From: Tubiluchus corallicola | Taxonomy: Eukaryota; Animalia; Priapulida | NCBI GenBank assembly: GCA_030141605.1 | Contig: JAQGDQ010000746.1 | Location: 1-64,000 of the forward strand | Length of the DNA: 64,000 bases | Direction of reading: 5' to 3' | Shown here: positions 1-40,600 of the stretch, piece by piece | Layout: every line of letters begins with the position of its first letter | Numbering within the stretch: position 1 is the stretch's first letter | The notes under the pieces: generated by a model | Databases searched by the model: none | What the model saw: the letters and a program-made list of their open reading frames with translations, nothing else | Told to the model about the DNA's origin: nothing | Translations under genes and position numbers: made by a program

Positions 1-869
1 CAAGTGAGCGTGATCTTTAAACCCGGGTTTTTTCTTGTTGTAAATCATACATTATTTTTTGTTGTGGAAAATTCATGGTGATGGCAAAGATGTATGTACA
101 ATTATTTGTTCATAATTGTGCTTAATTATGTAGGCTGTTTAAAGTCAATTTAGAATCCAAAAGGATTCTGATACTTTTGTTACATACTAGGCAAATTTCG
201 TCTGTATGACAATGCTACTCTTTATTAATTTGCGAACTTTCCAAAATTTTGTAATTTAATTTCACAAATTAAACGAAGTCAAATATGAAGTCAGTATTGA
301 CTGAATTTCATTTATAGTATGTCACGCACAGAAGTTTTGTAGTAGGAAATATATTACTAAACGAAAAAGAAGGCATTCTTACATCTGAGTTCCTTACCAT
401 TCTACTTTTGCACTATATTTACTTGTACCAAAAATGTTTGACAAAACTTCGTTAGCACCATATTTACCAGTACCATATTTTCTCTGTTCCCAATTTTCCC
501 ATTAACAGAATTTCCCTCTACCAAAAATCCCTAGTACCAAATTTTCCTGGTACCAAAATTTCCTTGTACCAAAATTACTTACCAGGGCCAAACTTACCAG
601 TATTAAACTTATTAAATTAGTTCAAAAATTACCAGTATTTCATACGTGTAAATGAGCAGTCCAAAACACTAATCTTGAAACTAGATAACAGTGAACTTAT
701 AAGTATTTATTCTTGGTACATGTACATGTTTCAGTTGATCTATCTGCCCTTTGGGGTGGTATTTGCGGAGGTATCACCGCTTTTCTACTCATGGGAGCAG
801 TGTTAATTTTCAGGTAACGACAGATACTGTGCAGTCTAATTATGCATTTTTTATTGGTTTGATGTTTGT

Positions 870-1005
870 CTTTATCCATTGCCATCGTCATGATCAGCCT
901 TATCATTGGCACTACCGCCGCCGAAGTCGTCGTCGCTATCGTCATCATCATTATCACCATCATCATAATCTTCATTACCGTAGTTATCGTCACACATCGT
1001 TGTTA
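870..1005. repeat. Degenerate (ATC/GTC)n trinucleotide low-complexity tract
   Basis: Runs of catcat/cgtcgt; these explain the spurious overlapping ORFs here. Confidence 0.7.
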
Positions 1006-1790
1006 TCACTGCGTTGAATTCAAAATGGCAGATCGAAAATCCGGCTCCTTCAATCGTACAGAATTTTTTCGTAATCGCCATGAAACCCTACAGAAATATA
1101 CTAAAACAAATTCTGCCTTGATTGACAGATTCAGAGTTTTGATCTGACATCTTGAATTCTAGATGGCGTCATTTGAAAGAATGGCTAAGAATAGAATATT
1201 ATGAGAGTGGCTAATTTAACACACCATTGCAGGTTCAATATCTCATCTTGCAAAGTTATTCTTGAAAATGTGCTACATACCAGTCCCGCCACAATCAGTT
1301 ATATATAAACTTTTTTTTTCAGTGATCTACAAAGCATTACATATTACTAATAGTTGTTTTTTGGTTTATAATCTACCTCACTTCGGATGTTTTAAAGCTC
1401 TTAATAAAAGGATAAATGTAATAATTCTATTAAAATGAAGTTTTCACTGGAATAATTGTTGTTTATCATTTTGAACTTTTGACAGAACCTTCCCTAATTC
1501 ACCAAAAGGTTATGAAAGAAAACAAATTTTTTTATCAAGTTGTATATGCTCCACCTCAAAAGTGCCTATGGCTTATTATCGAGCAGTGGACTACAGCGTG
1601 GTTAGGAACTCCATGGTTATTCATCTCTCGCTGAGTACAGATATTTATTAACCGAAAAAGGAGTAGAAAACAAATCGCAAAATCCATACTATTGGACGTA
1701 AAAATTAGATATTTTAAGACAGGATGAGTGAGAGAGAGAGACAGAAAAGAGAGAAAGAAAGAGAGTTTACAGTCATGACTCATAAGACTT

Positions 1791-2226
1791 CAGTAGCGCA
1801 TTTAGGGGGTGGACCCAAGGGGCCTGGGCCGCCTTTCATAATAGCAGTTGCCGCACACCAAGTGAATATTTTCTCTGGATTATAAGCTGTAGAACGTTTA
1901 GTGGTAGTTTTTATCGAGTAAAAAGTTCTGCATTAATAGTTTTAGTGAAAAAACGTTTGTGCCCTTTAAGTGATAATTGAATTTTGGCAAAGACATCGCT
2001 GTGCACAATTATATGCTATACTAATGTGTATAATAGTGTATTGATGTGTAATTAAGAGTCAAAAGTTTGAGGTGAGATAATGAGTTTTAAACTATTGAAT
2101 TTGCTTGAGGAAACAGTAAGAAAATGGTCTAAAATGCAGTAAAGTGCATCGGTAGCCGGGGTTCCCTAGACTCCCTAGCTGCTTTTTCATTGGGTCCTCG
2201 CTTTTCTGAGCCTATATCCGCCCCCG
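1791..2226. mobile_element. Degenerate hAT-like MITE
   Basis: Termini CAGTAGCGCATTTAGG ... CCTATATCCGCCCCCG form imperfect TIRs; the TSD is degraded. Confidence 0.4.
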
Positions 2227-2250
2227 CAGTCTTGTAATAAATAAATTTTG

Positions 2251-2652
2251 TTATACTCCACCCTTTCAGGTGTTATCCAGGGGTACACAAACTTGAGTCT
2301 GAGAAGTTTATACTCCACCCTTTCAGGTGTTATCCAGGGTACACAAACTTGAGTCTGAGAAGTTTATACTCCACCCTTTCAGCTGTTATCCAGGGGTACA
2401 CAAACTTGAGTCTGAGAAGTTTATACTCCACCCTTTCAGCTGTTATCCAGGGATACACAAACTTGAGTTTGAGAAGTTTATACTCCACCCTTTCAGCTGT
2501 TATCCAGGGGTACACAAACCTGAGTCTGAGAAGTTTATACTCCACCTTTCAGCTGTTATCCAGGGGTACACAAACTTGAGTTTGAGAAGTTTATACTCCA
2601 CCCTTTCAGCTGTTATCCAGGGGTACACAAACTTGAGTTTGAGAAGTTTATA
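2251..2652. repeat. Minisatellite, 57-bp unit, 7 copies
   Basis: Unit ttatactccaccctttcagctgttatccaggggtacacaaacttgagtctgagaagt. Confidence 0.95.
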
Positions 2653-2726
2653 AGTTTCTGATTTATGCTGCTTGTCCTTTATATAATTGTAATTTCATAA
2701 GCATTTTTGTCATTAATCTTAATCTT

Positions 2727-2727
<1 letters not shown>

Positions 2728-2772
<45 letters not shown>

Positions 2773-3043
2773 CAACAATAATAATAACAATCTTTATTTA
2801 AAGTCGGCTTTTGGATCAACAATTAACATTAGCTCAAAAAGCTACTATCGCCGACTGTAAATAACAACCTACAACTACATAACAGAGACTATTATTACCC
2901 CGCTTTTACCCTAAATACCATGCATCAGGCAGGGCAACAGCAGGTACCATTTTTAAAGTCTTTGGTATGACCCGGCCGCTGGTTCAAACTCAGGACCTCC
3001 CAGATGGAAAGCAGACGCATTGCCACTAGACTAAACCGTCTGG
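2728..3043 (-). mobile_element. tRNA-derived SINE
   Basis: On minus: tRNA-like head (TAGTCTAGTGG ... GAGTTTGAACC, A/B boxes), a central GGGTCATACCAAAGACTTTAAAAATGGTACC block of the kind seen in invertebrate SINE cores, then AATAAA and a (TTA)n tail. A related core fragment lies at about 20720. Confidence 0.7.
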
Positions 3044-3140
3044 TCAAGAAATGTCCTTGTTTTTTGAAACAGACACAACCCCTTTAAATGCTCTATTTTA
3101 CATGTATGTTAGCATTCAAAAACTTCCTTGTTTTTTGTAG

Positions 3141-29966
<26,826 letters not shown>

Positions 29967-30004
29967 AACGCGGGTTCATGTTAACATTTGTACGGACGTT
30001 AAAC

Positions 30005-30010
30005 AATAAA
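30005..30010 (+). terminator. Polyadenylation signal of DNAAF5
   Basis: AATAAA 38 nt after the TGA stop. Confidence 0.6.
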
Positions 30011-30037
30011 ATTCAGTTACAGGATAAAGTATTTGGT

Positions 30038-30413
30038 TAGGGTTACCATATGACCGGGTTTCCCCGGACACGTACTCTTTTTGGGCTTCTGTCCGAGCGG
30101 GTTTTCAAAAAATTGGTAGTTTGTCCGGGTTTTGCCTCAATCCGTAAGTATGTACGGACGTTGCCAACTGCAGAGGCGTACGACAGGACGAGACAAAGAA
30201 AAGCTCGTTAATTTTCAATACAAGATGTTGCTAACATCTCAAAATGCAACCCTTGTAAAAGCTTTGTGTACATATTTACTGAACAAAAGTAAGCGATGCG
30301 CACATCACTATGGGTCACACGACTCACACCGCTGTCGATACTCGGCGTATTCGCTAACGACTTAAAATGATGTCAGTGTCCTCTTTTTCAACTCGGACAA
30401 TATGGTAACCCTA
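30038..30413. mobile_element. hAT-like MITE
   Basis: TIR TAGGGTTACCATAT...ATATGGTAACCCTA; perfect 8-bp TSD TATTTGGT. Confidence 0.92.
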
Positions 30414-30444
30414 TATTTGGTGAGAAATGACTTTGCTATGAATG

Positions 30445-30627
30445 TGTACTACACTAGCTACATCAGCATACGTTTATGTACTACACTAGCTACATCAGCA
30501 TACGTTTGTGTACTACACTAGCTACATCAGCATACGTTTATGTACTACACTAGCTACATCAGCATACGTTCATGTACTACACTAGCTACATCAGCATACA
30601 TTTGTGTACTACACTAGCTACATCAGC
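30445..30627. repeat. Minisatellite, 32-bp unit, about 6 copies
   Basis: Unit tgtactacactagctacatcagcatacgttta; the last unit resumes after the MITE at 30628-30860. Confidence 0.9.
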
Positions 30628-30860
30628 CAGGGCCAGCCTTAAGCATAGGCAAACTAGGCAACTACCTAGGGCCTCACCCTCCAGGGGGGCCTCAAGCCGA
30701 GGTAACATTTTTTTTGCTTTATGCAAACATACTGCTTCCTCTCTCTCTCCCTCTCTCGTAAATTGCGTAATTTTATTTTTTTCGTATTTATTTTTCTACT
30801 TCATTTGGGGCCACCAAATTCACTTCGCCTAGGGCCTCCAATTACCTAAGGCCGGCCCTG
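30628..30860. mobile_element. hAT-like MITE related to family C
   Basis: TIR CAGGGCCAGCCTTA...TAAGGCCGGCCCTG. Confidence 0.8.
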
Positions 30861-31365
30861 CATGATCAGCATACGTTTATGCTGAACATTGTTTATTTAC
30901 AAAAGTTTTGCAATGACTCACAGCCTTTTGTGTTAATTGCACTCATCACTGCATTGTATCGAAGTTTGCTATTGTGTGCAGCAGTGTGATTCTAGTATAC
31001 AAAAAGATATGAAAAAAGAGTAAGCCTAATAATTGTTAATTGTCAATTTGCGGAAGAATAAATCCCGTCATTTCATGATACAAACCTCAAATTTGTTTAC
31101 AAACCTTTTATTATCGAACATAGTAAGTAGAAAATGGTGTCTAATGTGTTACTTTCTGACTTGTAACTTTTGTCATATAACTAAATAAATGATTAAAAAT
31201 ATTAGTCAATGCTTGCTCTGACTATATATATATACGTATAATCAGCGTTAATGTTGAAATTGTCTATTTTAATTATCGTCATAAACTGCAAAATTAAGCT
31301 ACTCATTTGAATTCAGGTGCGTAAAGATTTGCAAATCTGTCAAAACCAGATAACAAATGTACAAA

Positions 31366-31725
31366 GAGTCAACCTCGTGTATAAGGTACTCGCTTACAAG
31401 GGCCTACCAACACCGGTCCCGATTTTTCGTAACTTTTTTCCTATGTAAAAATCTTCGTATATGAAGTACTCGGATATAAGGGACTTTCGGTTGCAAGGGG
31501 ACGATATCTTCAGGTCCCGCGTAATAGAAACCCAGGTAAATTACCTCGCAGATAAGGGACCTTATGATCAAAGCGAGATTGATCGATTTTTAACCTCAAT
31601 TTTTCGCAAACTCGGCCTTTAAACAACTCAGTTTCCGTGGTCACATACATCTCGCATCACTGAAGAAGCTGCCGACATATCGTCTCCACTGAATGTGCAA
31701 CAATCCATAAAAATATGGGTAAAAG
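31366..31725. mobile_element. Truncated family D Tc1/mariner MITE
   Basis: Homologous to the left part of 23002-23475 and 27906-28398; the right TIR is missing. Confidence 0.8.
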
Positions 31726-31979
31726 TTTTAATTAGGTGTCCACCACTCAAGTGATGAGAGAAAGAACCATTCTGCCAAATATCAAATGACCTTTACAAGA
31801 CCTGAAAATTTCATTAGTAAATTTTACATTAATGCAAAATGTATACTTAAAGGTCAACTAAGTGACTCCAAAAGCTTCACCTAGGATAATGTTTCGTCTA
31901 CAATCAAACATAAGCCACTTAAGAAAACTAATAACGTTACTAGTTTTATCGTTAATTTTCATTACCAGTGGCCCAAATA

Positions 31980-32491
31980 CAGTCTAGCCTCGTTATCTCG
32001 CCCCTCGTTATGCCGCCAAACTCGTCTCTCGCCATAGAAAGTTCCAGGACGGATTTCCTGCTTTGATATTTACCTCGTTAAGTCGCCACCCTCGCTTCTC
32101 GCCCTCGCCACGTCATGCTAGGATGAGTGCTTATGTAAACTATATTCGTTATGTCGCCAAACAGACAAACTCAGAGGTGAATTGATCAATACATATACCG
32201 CGTGTCGATCAGTATAACCGTAGTATGTAGACAATGCTGCTGTACTCGATAGAGAGACATAATTAATCTAGTGTGTGTCTCACCAGGATTAGATTAGGAG
32301 TGCTGTGGTATCATTGATTGGTATCATAATGCGAAATATATTTTATATGTACATAGAGGAACACTATGTTAATCAACTATTATGTACATACATATAGACT
32401 AACTTCGTTATATTCCCGTTATCTCGCCATACTCGCCTCTCGCCAAAAATTTGCCCTAGACGGACAGCGGCGAGATAACGAGACTAGACTG
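31980..32491. mobile_element. Tc1/mariner MITE
   Basis: TA|CAGTCTAGCCTCGTTATCTCGCC...GGCGAGATAACGAGACTAGACTG|TA. Confidence 0.9.
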
Positions 32492-32611
32492 TATAAATAA
32501 TTGCATTGGACCAGTCTTGAAAAAATTCTTAGATTCCATCCTGATATGGAGCTGTGGAGCATCTCCATGTAATCCACAACATGTAATCACCACACGTTTT
32601 TGCTGGCTATA

Positions 32612-32799
32612 CAGTCAAATCTGCTTATACCACCCACTGGGTCTCCAGAAAAATCTGGGCATTAAGTGAGTTTGGCTTTATAATGAGGTACATTAATACA
32701 TACATGTGTAATCAAATACACTTATTCTGTTTTGCCAAAAATCTGGGCATTAAGTGAGTTTGGCTTTATAATGAGGTACATTATAACGAGGTTTGACTA
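32612..32799. mobile_element. Short Tc1/mariner MITE with an internal direct duplication
   Basis: TA|CAGTCAAA...TTTGACTA|TA; the roughly 45-bp block aaaaatctgggcattaagtgag... occurs twice. Confidence 0.65.
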
Positions 32800-33790
32800 T
32801 AGTAATGAGTGTCAAAAAGTAATTACTCCTTGGTTGTACGGGAGAAATGACAGGAAAGACATAAAAGTTACAAAATCTTGAGAAAGAACACACTCAAAAA
32901 TAATTTGGAATGAAGAACATTTGTATTTATAATACTGCAACTGTTGCTATATCTATGCATGTACATCTGCTTGTGGTAAATTTATGTAATTTTAGCAAAG
33001 GTATTATTATATCTTGACACCTTTGTCCGATGTAGTCAATCATCATACCTCTGTGAGAATTTCTTTTTTATTTATATCAAACAAGATAATATCACCTACT
33101 AACAGTTACCAAGTTGGTGTTTGTACGCAGAACACTACGTGAACCAAGAAAATGAATGCGCATTATCGATTCAGCAGTGTTTAATATGCACATTTGTTGA
33201 ATTGATAAACTGCTAATCATCTTAACGTGGAATATCCGTACAGCAGCAAAAGTGGAAATCTTCGAATTACAAAGCGAAACCTTGTTATCTACAAGAAACT
33301 ACAAAACAACAATGCAGATTTATCTTTTAAACCGGACATCCTCCGAACATGTCATACACGCAAGCTAAACAAATAATCATTAACAAACTATTAGTATATA
33401 CAATATAAAGTTTCTCTCTTACATGCGGTTTAATATATTCTTAAAAAATATGCAAACATGACGTGTTGTGTATGTAACTGAGCACAGATTGGCAGTGGGA
33501 ACAATAAATGCATGTATCTCTTATAACAAGAAGTAAAACAATGTAAAATGGGTATAACATTTATAGATACGTACAAACAAAAAACTATACACAAAATCAT
33601 GAAATGCACGACAAAGTACTATCTGATTTCAGTACAAGTGGCATAACACAATCGGCATTACCAGAAGCTCATTTGAGATAGCATAAACGAAAATTTTAAT
33701 TGCAAATTATAGCAATATATAATTATGTCTTCTCAAAGTTGCCTTATCACCTCAATCCAAACATTCGCATTATATTTCTGAGCATTACGA

Positions 33791-35437
33791 ACTGAGAATT
33801 AGACCGATGTCAATCAATCCCAAAGACACCATTCACACAAGAGACTGTGATACTGAGAATTGGACTGATGTCAATCAACTCCAAGGACACCATTCACACA
33901 AAGGGACTGTGATACTGAGAATTGGACCAATGTCAATCAATCCCAAGGACACCATTCACACAAGGGACTGTGGTACTGAGAATTAGACCAATGTCAATCA
34001 AACCCAAGCACACCATTCACACAAGAGACTGTGATACTGAGAATTGGACCGATGTCAATCAATTCCAAGGACACCATTCACACAAAGGGACTGTGATACT
34101 GAGAATTGGACCAATGTCAATCAATCCCAAGGACACCATTCACACAAAGGGACTGCGGTACTGAGAATTAGACCAATGTCAATCAATCCCAAAGACACCA
34201 TTCACACAAGAGACTGTGATACTGAGAATTGGACTGATGTCAATCAACTCCAAGGACACCATTCACACAAAGGGACTGTGATACTGAGAATTGGACCAAT
34301 GTCAATCAATCCCAAGGACACCATTCACACAAAGGGACTGCGGTACTGAGAATTAGACCAATGTCAATCAATCCCAAAGACACCATTCACACAAGAGACT
34401 GTGATACTGAGAATTGGACTGATGTCAATCAACTCCAAGGACACCATTCACACAAAGGGACTGTGATACTGAGAATTGGACCGATGTCAATCAATCCCAA
34501 GGACACCATTCACACAAAGGGACTGTGATACTGAGAATTAGACCGATGTCAATCAATCTCCAGTACACCATTCACACAAGAGACTGTGGTACTGAGAATT
34601 GGACCGATGTCAATCAATCCCAAGCACACCATTCACACAAGGGACTGTGGTACTGAGAATTAGACCAATGTCAATCAAACCCAAGCACACCATTCACACA
34701 AGAGACTGTGATACTGAGAATTGGACCGATGTCAATCAATCCCAAGGACACCATTCACACAAAGGGACTGTGATACTGAGAATTGGACCAATGTCAATCA
34801 ATCCCAAGGACACCATTCACACAAAGGGACTGTGGTACTGAGAATTAGACCAATGTCAATCAATCCCAAGGACACCATTCACACAAGAGACTGTGATACT
34901 GAGAATTGGACTGATGTCAATCAACTCCAAGGACACCATTCACACAAAGGGACTGTGATACTGAGAATTGGACCGATGTCAATCAATCCCAAGGACACCA
35001 TTCACACAAAGGGACTGTGGTACTGAGAATTGGACCGATGTCAATCAATCCCAAGCACACCATTCACACAAGAGACTGTGATACTGAGAATTGGACCGAT
35101 GTCAATCAATCCCAAGGACACCATTCACACAAAGGGACTGTGATACTGAGAATTAGACCGATGTCAATCAATCTCCAGTACACCATTCACACAAGAGACT
35201 GTGATACTGAGAATTGGACCGATGTCAATCAATCCCGAAGACATCATTCACACAAGAGACTGTGATACTGAGAATTGGACTGATGTCAATCAACTCCAAG
35301 GACACCATTCACACAAGAGACTGTGATACTGAGAATTAGACAAATGTCAATCAATCCCGAAGACATCATTCACACAAGAGACTGTGATGCTGAGAATTGG
35401 ACTGATGTCAATCAACTCCAAGGACACCATTCACACA
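33791..35437. repeat. Satellite array, 61/62-bp unit, about 27 copies
   Basis: Unit actgagaattggaccgatgtcaatcaatcccaaggacaccattcacacaa(a)gggactgtgat. Confidence 0.97.
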
Positions 35438-35644
35438 CGAGATTGTAGAGAAAATTATGCTTCCCATTACAATTCTGCTCACTGCACATGAAACTTTTAG
35501 TTTAAAGTCACAGAAAACAGGAATGGTGACAGAATGAAGTTCTAAAATAGTGTAATTAATGCTTTGTAATTTAATTATCTTACATAACTAGTTGAGATGA
35601 ATACAGCAGTATTAAAATAAATGCAGTATTAAAAAATGAAGTTA

Positions 35645-35650
35645 TTTATT
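35645..35650 (-). terminator. Candidate polyadenylation signal of CCNF
   Basis: TTTATT on + (AATAAA on -) about 70 nt after the stop codon. Confidence 0.5.
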
Positions 35651-35718
35651 AACTGGTCATGGCTTGTTAACCACAACTTATATCAGCACCTTCATCAACA
35701 TCTTATCCATTACATCAT

Positions 35719-37609
35719 CTAGACGTGCCTTCGTTTAGGTTCTGGTTCAATGCTGGCTAGTCGGGCACTTTTTCTTGTCGCTAGAGTGTCGTCACTCTCT
35801 CTTCTTGGTATCAAATTACTGCACGAATTGCTCTTGGACACCTGTTGTCGTGTCAGCCTAGAAGCGCTTGTTAGATCTTCGTGGGAATTCCGTCTGTCAA
35901 GGTTATCTCCAGAGCAGCTAGGTGCATCTTCTACGCTCCCCTGTGCCCAGGAAATGTTTGGTAGTTATTAGTTTGTAATGTTAATGCATTAAGGCACAAG
36001 AAAACCCTTCATAAACATAAAGGTTAAAAAATTCGTTTTGAAATTTTATATCGCTTACGTACTACCTTTTTGCATTCAGGACTTCAATCGGCAGTCACGC
36101 TGTATAAAACATGTAAATTTAAACTCCCGCGATGACCGTTAGACGCAGCCATTTTGACGATAAGCCATTTGAAATAAGTTTAGATAACATTTTGTAAAGT
36201 TTGAAAAAATAATCAGAGCATGCATATCGCACAAGTCACTAACTAAATAAAATTTTAAATTACTGTATCTTGTTAAGAAGATAAAAATACGTTTTTTGGT
36301 TAGTGAGTGGTGCACCCTGGAGGGTGAATCAGCGACATTTTACCAATTGGTGAAAACATTTTAAATAATTAATAACTTTTTTTTCTTGTTACATAAGTCT
36401 TTCTAGCAGGTCAGCGAAAATCTAAGTAATATAGATTTGCACGGAAAGTCTTTTGAGACATGATTTAACATTGCCTTTTCTTCCCTTGATTTACGTTTGG
36501 TATATGACGTCATGTAATGGCGACTTCAGAACAGTATTGCGGGAGATTTAAAATGAAAACAAACTAAAATTCCTTTCAATGCGAGTACGATATACGCATA
36601 AAATTGCTATAAAGTAATGTAATTTTTCTGAAACCTACTTCAGGTACCCCTTTTCTTGTCGTTTAATGTTATAACAGTTATTAATAGTTATAAAAAGCAT
36701 ACTATTTTTGATAAACATGTTTTTGAATTCAAGTGTAGTCTTAACCTATAAGATGTTTTAGATGTACTGTTTAAATTTCATACCTGTCCTGCAATACTAT
36801 TCTTTCGATGCTCCGTGGACATTTGCTCACAATCATTGTCTGAGTTGCTGTCCCAAAGTCTTTCAGAATCCTCACACCATAGACTGACAAAGTCCTTTGA
36901 ACAGGAACCAGTCTCCTGAGCTATAGAGTAATGTAAGTATTTAGTATAATGTATTGTAGTATAAGTATTGTAAGTATTTAGTATAATGTAGTGTAAGTAT
37001 TGTAAGTATTTAGTATAATGTAGTGTAAGTAAAATGTAGACTGTCTTTCAATCCAGGGTTGAGAATGACAAATTGCAAAAAACTGTGAAACAGGCCGGAT
37101 GTTTTGGGGCCGCCTAGGCCCCCAATGGGGTTGAGGGGCAAAGTCCCCATGGGGTTCAAGGGGGCGAAGCAACAAATAGCAATTCCGCGTATCCGCGGAA
37201 AATTCTCATCCCTGTCAATTGAGTACTCATTAATGAACAACTTATACTAAAATCAACTATACGTACTGCTGTAATAACTGTAATACTACACTGATTGTAT
37301 TAATTCCACATGTATTGGATTTCTGAATTAAGTAGCAACATCGTACATTACAATTTACAACTTATACTTTACATGGGCTTATAGGCTTATGTACATCGAG
37401 AATCGTATCTATTGTACGGGTTTTGTAAATTTTAATTAAGTATTAACTAATGAACTAGTCGTATTATTGAATTAACTATTTTGAGTTATTACATACCAAA
37501 CTAACTAATTGTATATTTCATCACTGCACATAGTGGAAATATTGTGATCAGTAATAGTTACTGTGTTGTAAATCCACTCAAAATAAATAAACTTTATATA
37601 TATATGTAT

Positions 37610-37666
<57 letters not shown>

Positions 37667-40600
37667 GATAAATAACTGTGTGACAACAGCGGGGGTTCTC
37701 TTACGACAACAGCGGGGTTCTCTTACGATCACAACACTAAAATTTCAAATTTTTGTTTAAAGTTGCAAACGTTACCAATACAATGACAAAAATATTTTAA
37801 AAATTATGAAAAAGGCATGTGTGTCGTTGCGTAGCAAAATCGTCCATAAGTCGGCAATTAAGGTTTCCTAGTTATTCACACATCCTGAATCTCCATTTTA
37901 TGAGGATCATTTTGATACCAAGTTCATCACTCTGCGTTATTTCTAAGCTGAGATAATCCACGTTGAAGTTGAGGTGCAGGTTAGGCACAGAAAAACATAA
38001 TCTTGAGAAAAATGCTGTTAAAGTCAGCCATTGTTTTTTGTCGCATTTCTACAAAACACTTAGCAACCGTACAAAAGTGTGGTTGCTATGGATTTTACAA
38101 GAGCAAATCGAAGTTACGTTTAAATCCAGTAGATGGCTCTTCCTGACGAAGATCTGGCTTGGCAACAGAAAAAACATGAAGCAAAATGGCTGCTTCCACG
38201 AGCTACAATCGGAGTTAGAAAATACAAGTTTTTTTACAAATGCAGTACTAGTTTCTAGACAGAAAAGTGGGTAAGGAGTTATAAAATTAGATTTTTAGTA
38301 TTTTTGGACATTTTCCTGATAATTTGATGCTAGAATATAAAACTCAAATATATTTTGCGTTTGTTTTCATAAAAAAAATAAAAAATCGATATTTGACCAA
38401 ATTTTTGGTGCTTTCTACTTTGAAGCATCATAACGTAGTTTTAACTATGCCAACTTGTGGACGGTTTTGGTTTGCAAGCAACACATATTCTCTGCTGATG
38501 CATGTTAACAGAGTTTTGCAATACTGAATAGCATTACTCCTACCATCAAGTTTTCTATACTTTCAGAATGAAATAATTACCAACAAGCGAGTTTTTTGAT
38601 TCGTTAGACGTTTGATTATCGTCCTCCTTCGTTAGAAGATCACGCTTGTCCACTTCTCCCGTTAAATCCGGAGATGCGCTGCGAGTTGGCGTGAGCGTAC
38701 CGTCTCGATCTGATTCGATGGATAAATCCCTTGATCTGAAAAAAAACATGTAAAAATGTGAAAACAAATTTAGTACAGTAAGTCCTTGCTTAACGACACT
38801 AATGAAATTCCAGAAAAACACGACGTTAAGTGAAACGTTGTTAAACGAAACCAAGATTTCCATAGAAAGTAATGTAAAATAATTGAGATACGTTCCAGAG
38901 GCAAAAATTAATGCTGGTTTAATCATATAAAATTTTTTTTTATACATTGACTGTTTCATAATCTACAAGCCATAATATAAAATGCTGTAAATATCAGAAG
39001 CAAACAATAATCAGGGTTATTTGCCCACAAATATTTGCAATAAACAACAAATCTCAATAACAATAACGTATTAACCCCATTATTTATGTTTTATTTTTCT
39101 TCTGGTTTGACTTTTTTCTAGTTTGTTTTATGTTTTAATCAGTTAGTTAAATGCTTTACATATTTTGTTAATCCTTATTTCGTATTGTTCATTTTATTTT
39201 AATGCTTCTTTGTTGCATAGATTATTTAGTTATTTCACTTTCTAGTTCAACTGATTCCCCCATAAATAGTCTGTTTGTATTCTGGTGTAAATGAGGAGTG
39301 GGGGTGAGCATCGAACGCTCGAATTCGATTCGAACGAGTTTTTTTAGTTCGAACTTGATTCGAATCTAAAACTATAGATTCGAATAATTCAGCACTTCAA
39401 TCATACATGTTGCTGATCACTATAAAACGATTGAAACATCATGCAATTAGCATAATTTAGCTGTGATTTCTGTGCACAATTTTAAACAAATTACTAGTCG
39501 TTTTATTGCAGAACAAAATCTAGTGATATGCATGATCTTTGTAAGACTAATTTTTACTGGTGGTTCGAAAACTTGTTCGAAAATCTTCCAATCTCAATTC
39601 GAATTCGGTTCGAATTCGAAACACTGAAGTTCGGTTCGATTCGATTTTGCTTTCTGGTAGAGAATGCTCACCCCTAATGAGGAGATAAATATAAATGTCT
39701 ATGTATATGGCAAAAAATACAAAGCAGCTCTACCTGTTTGGTTTTTGTCTAGAAGGTGACATAATGGTTATGTTCCTGTCTCTGCTATGCCGTTTCCGTG
39801 TCGCGTTAACACTGACCCTGGTTCTGTCATAATCCAGCACACGACAGAGTTCACTGACGGTTGGTAACTGCAAAATTAAAACTCTTTGCTAAATAAACCG
39901 TTGCCGTTCTTCTGCCTTCAACACTGACAAACTTGTGTAATTCTATGTTCTGCCTTCAACACTGACAAACTTGTGTAATTCTATGTTCTGCCTTCAACAC
40001 TGACAAACTTGTGTAATTCTATGTTCTACCTTCAACACTGACAAACTTGTGTAATTCTATGTTCTGCCTTCAACACTGACAAACTTGTGTAATTCTATGT
40101 TCTGCCTTCAACACTGACAAACTTGTGTAATTCTATGTTCTACCTTCAACACTGACAAACTTGTGTAATTCTATGTTCTACCTTCAACACTGACAAACTT
40201 GTGTAATTCTATGTTCTACCTTCAACACTGACAAACTTGTGTAATTCTATGTTCTACCTTCAACACTGACAAACTTGTGTAATTCTATGTTCTACCTTCA
40301 ACACTGACAAACTTGCGTAATTCTATGTTCTACCTTCAACACTGACAAACTTGTGTAATTCTATGTTCTACCTTCAACACTGACAAACTTGCGTAATTCT
40401 ATGTTCTACCTTCAACACTGACAAAACTCGTGTAATTCTATGTTCTACCTTCAACACTGACAAAACTCGTGTAATTCTACGTTCTACCTTCAACACTGAC
40501 AAACTTGTGCAATTCTATGTTAAATGTAATCCGCACACCTTATAAAACCATTATTTAGTCACCTTTTTATTGTTCAAAACATGCTTTTGTTTACATATAA

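Noticed and set aside
1-9. CAA|GTGAGC as the donor of the preceding DNAAF5 exon
   Set aside because: Only 3 nt of upstream context are available, so it cannot be supported.
697-1147. Overlapping His/Ile/Asp-rich ORFs
   Set aside because: Trinucleotide low-complexity tract with no similarity to the expected upstream DNAAF5 sequence.
2965-3043. tRNA gene on minus
   Set aside because: The acceptor stem does not pair, and the sequence continues into a SINE core and tail.
33922-35265. Repeated 80-101 aa ORFs
   Set aside because: Translation of the 61/62-bp satellite, with frequent stops.
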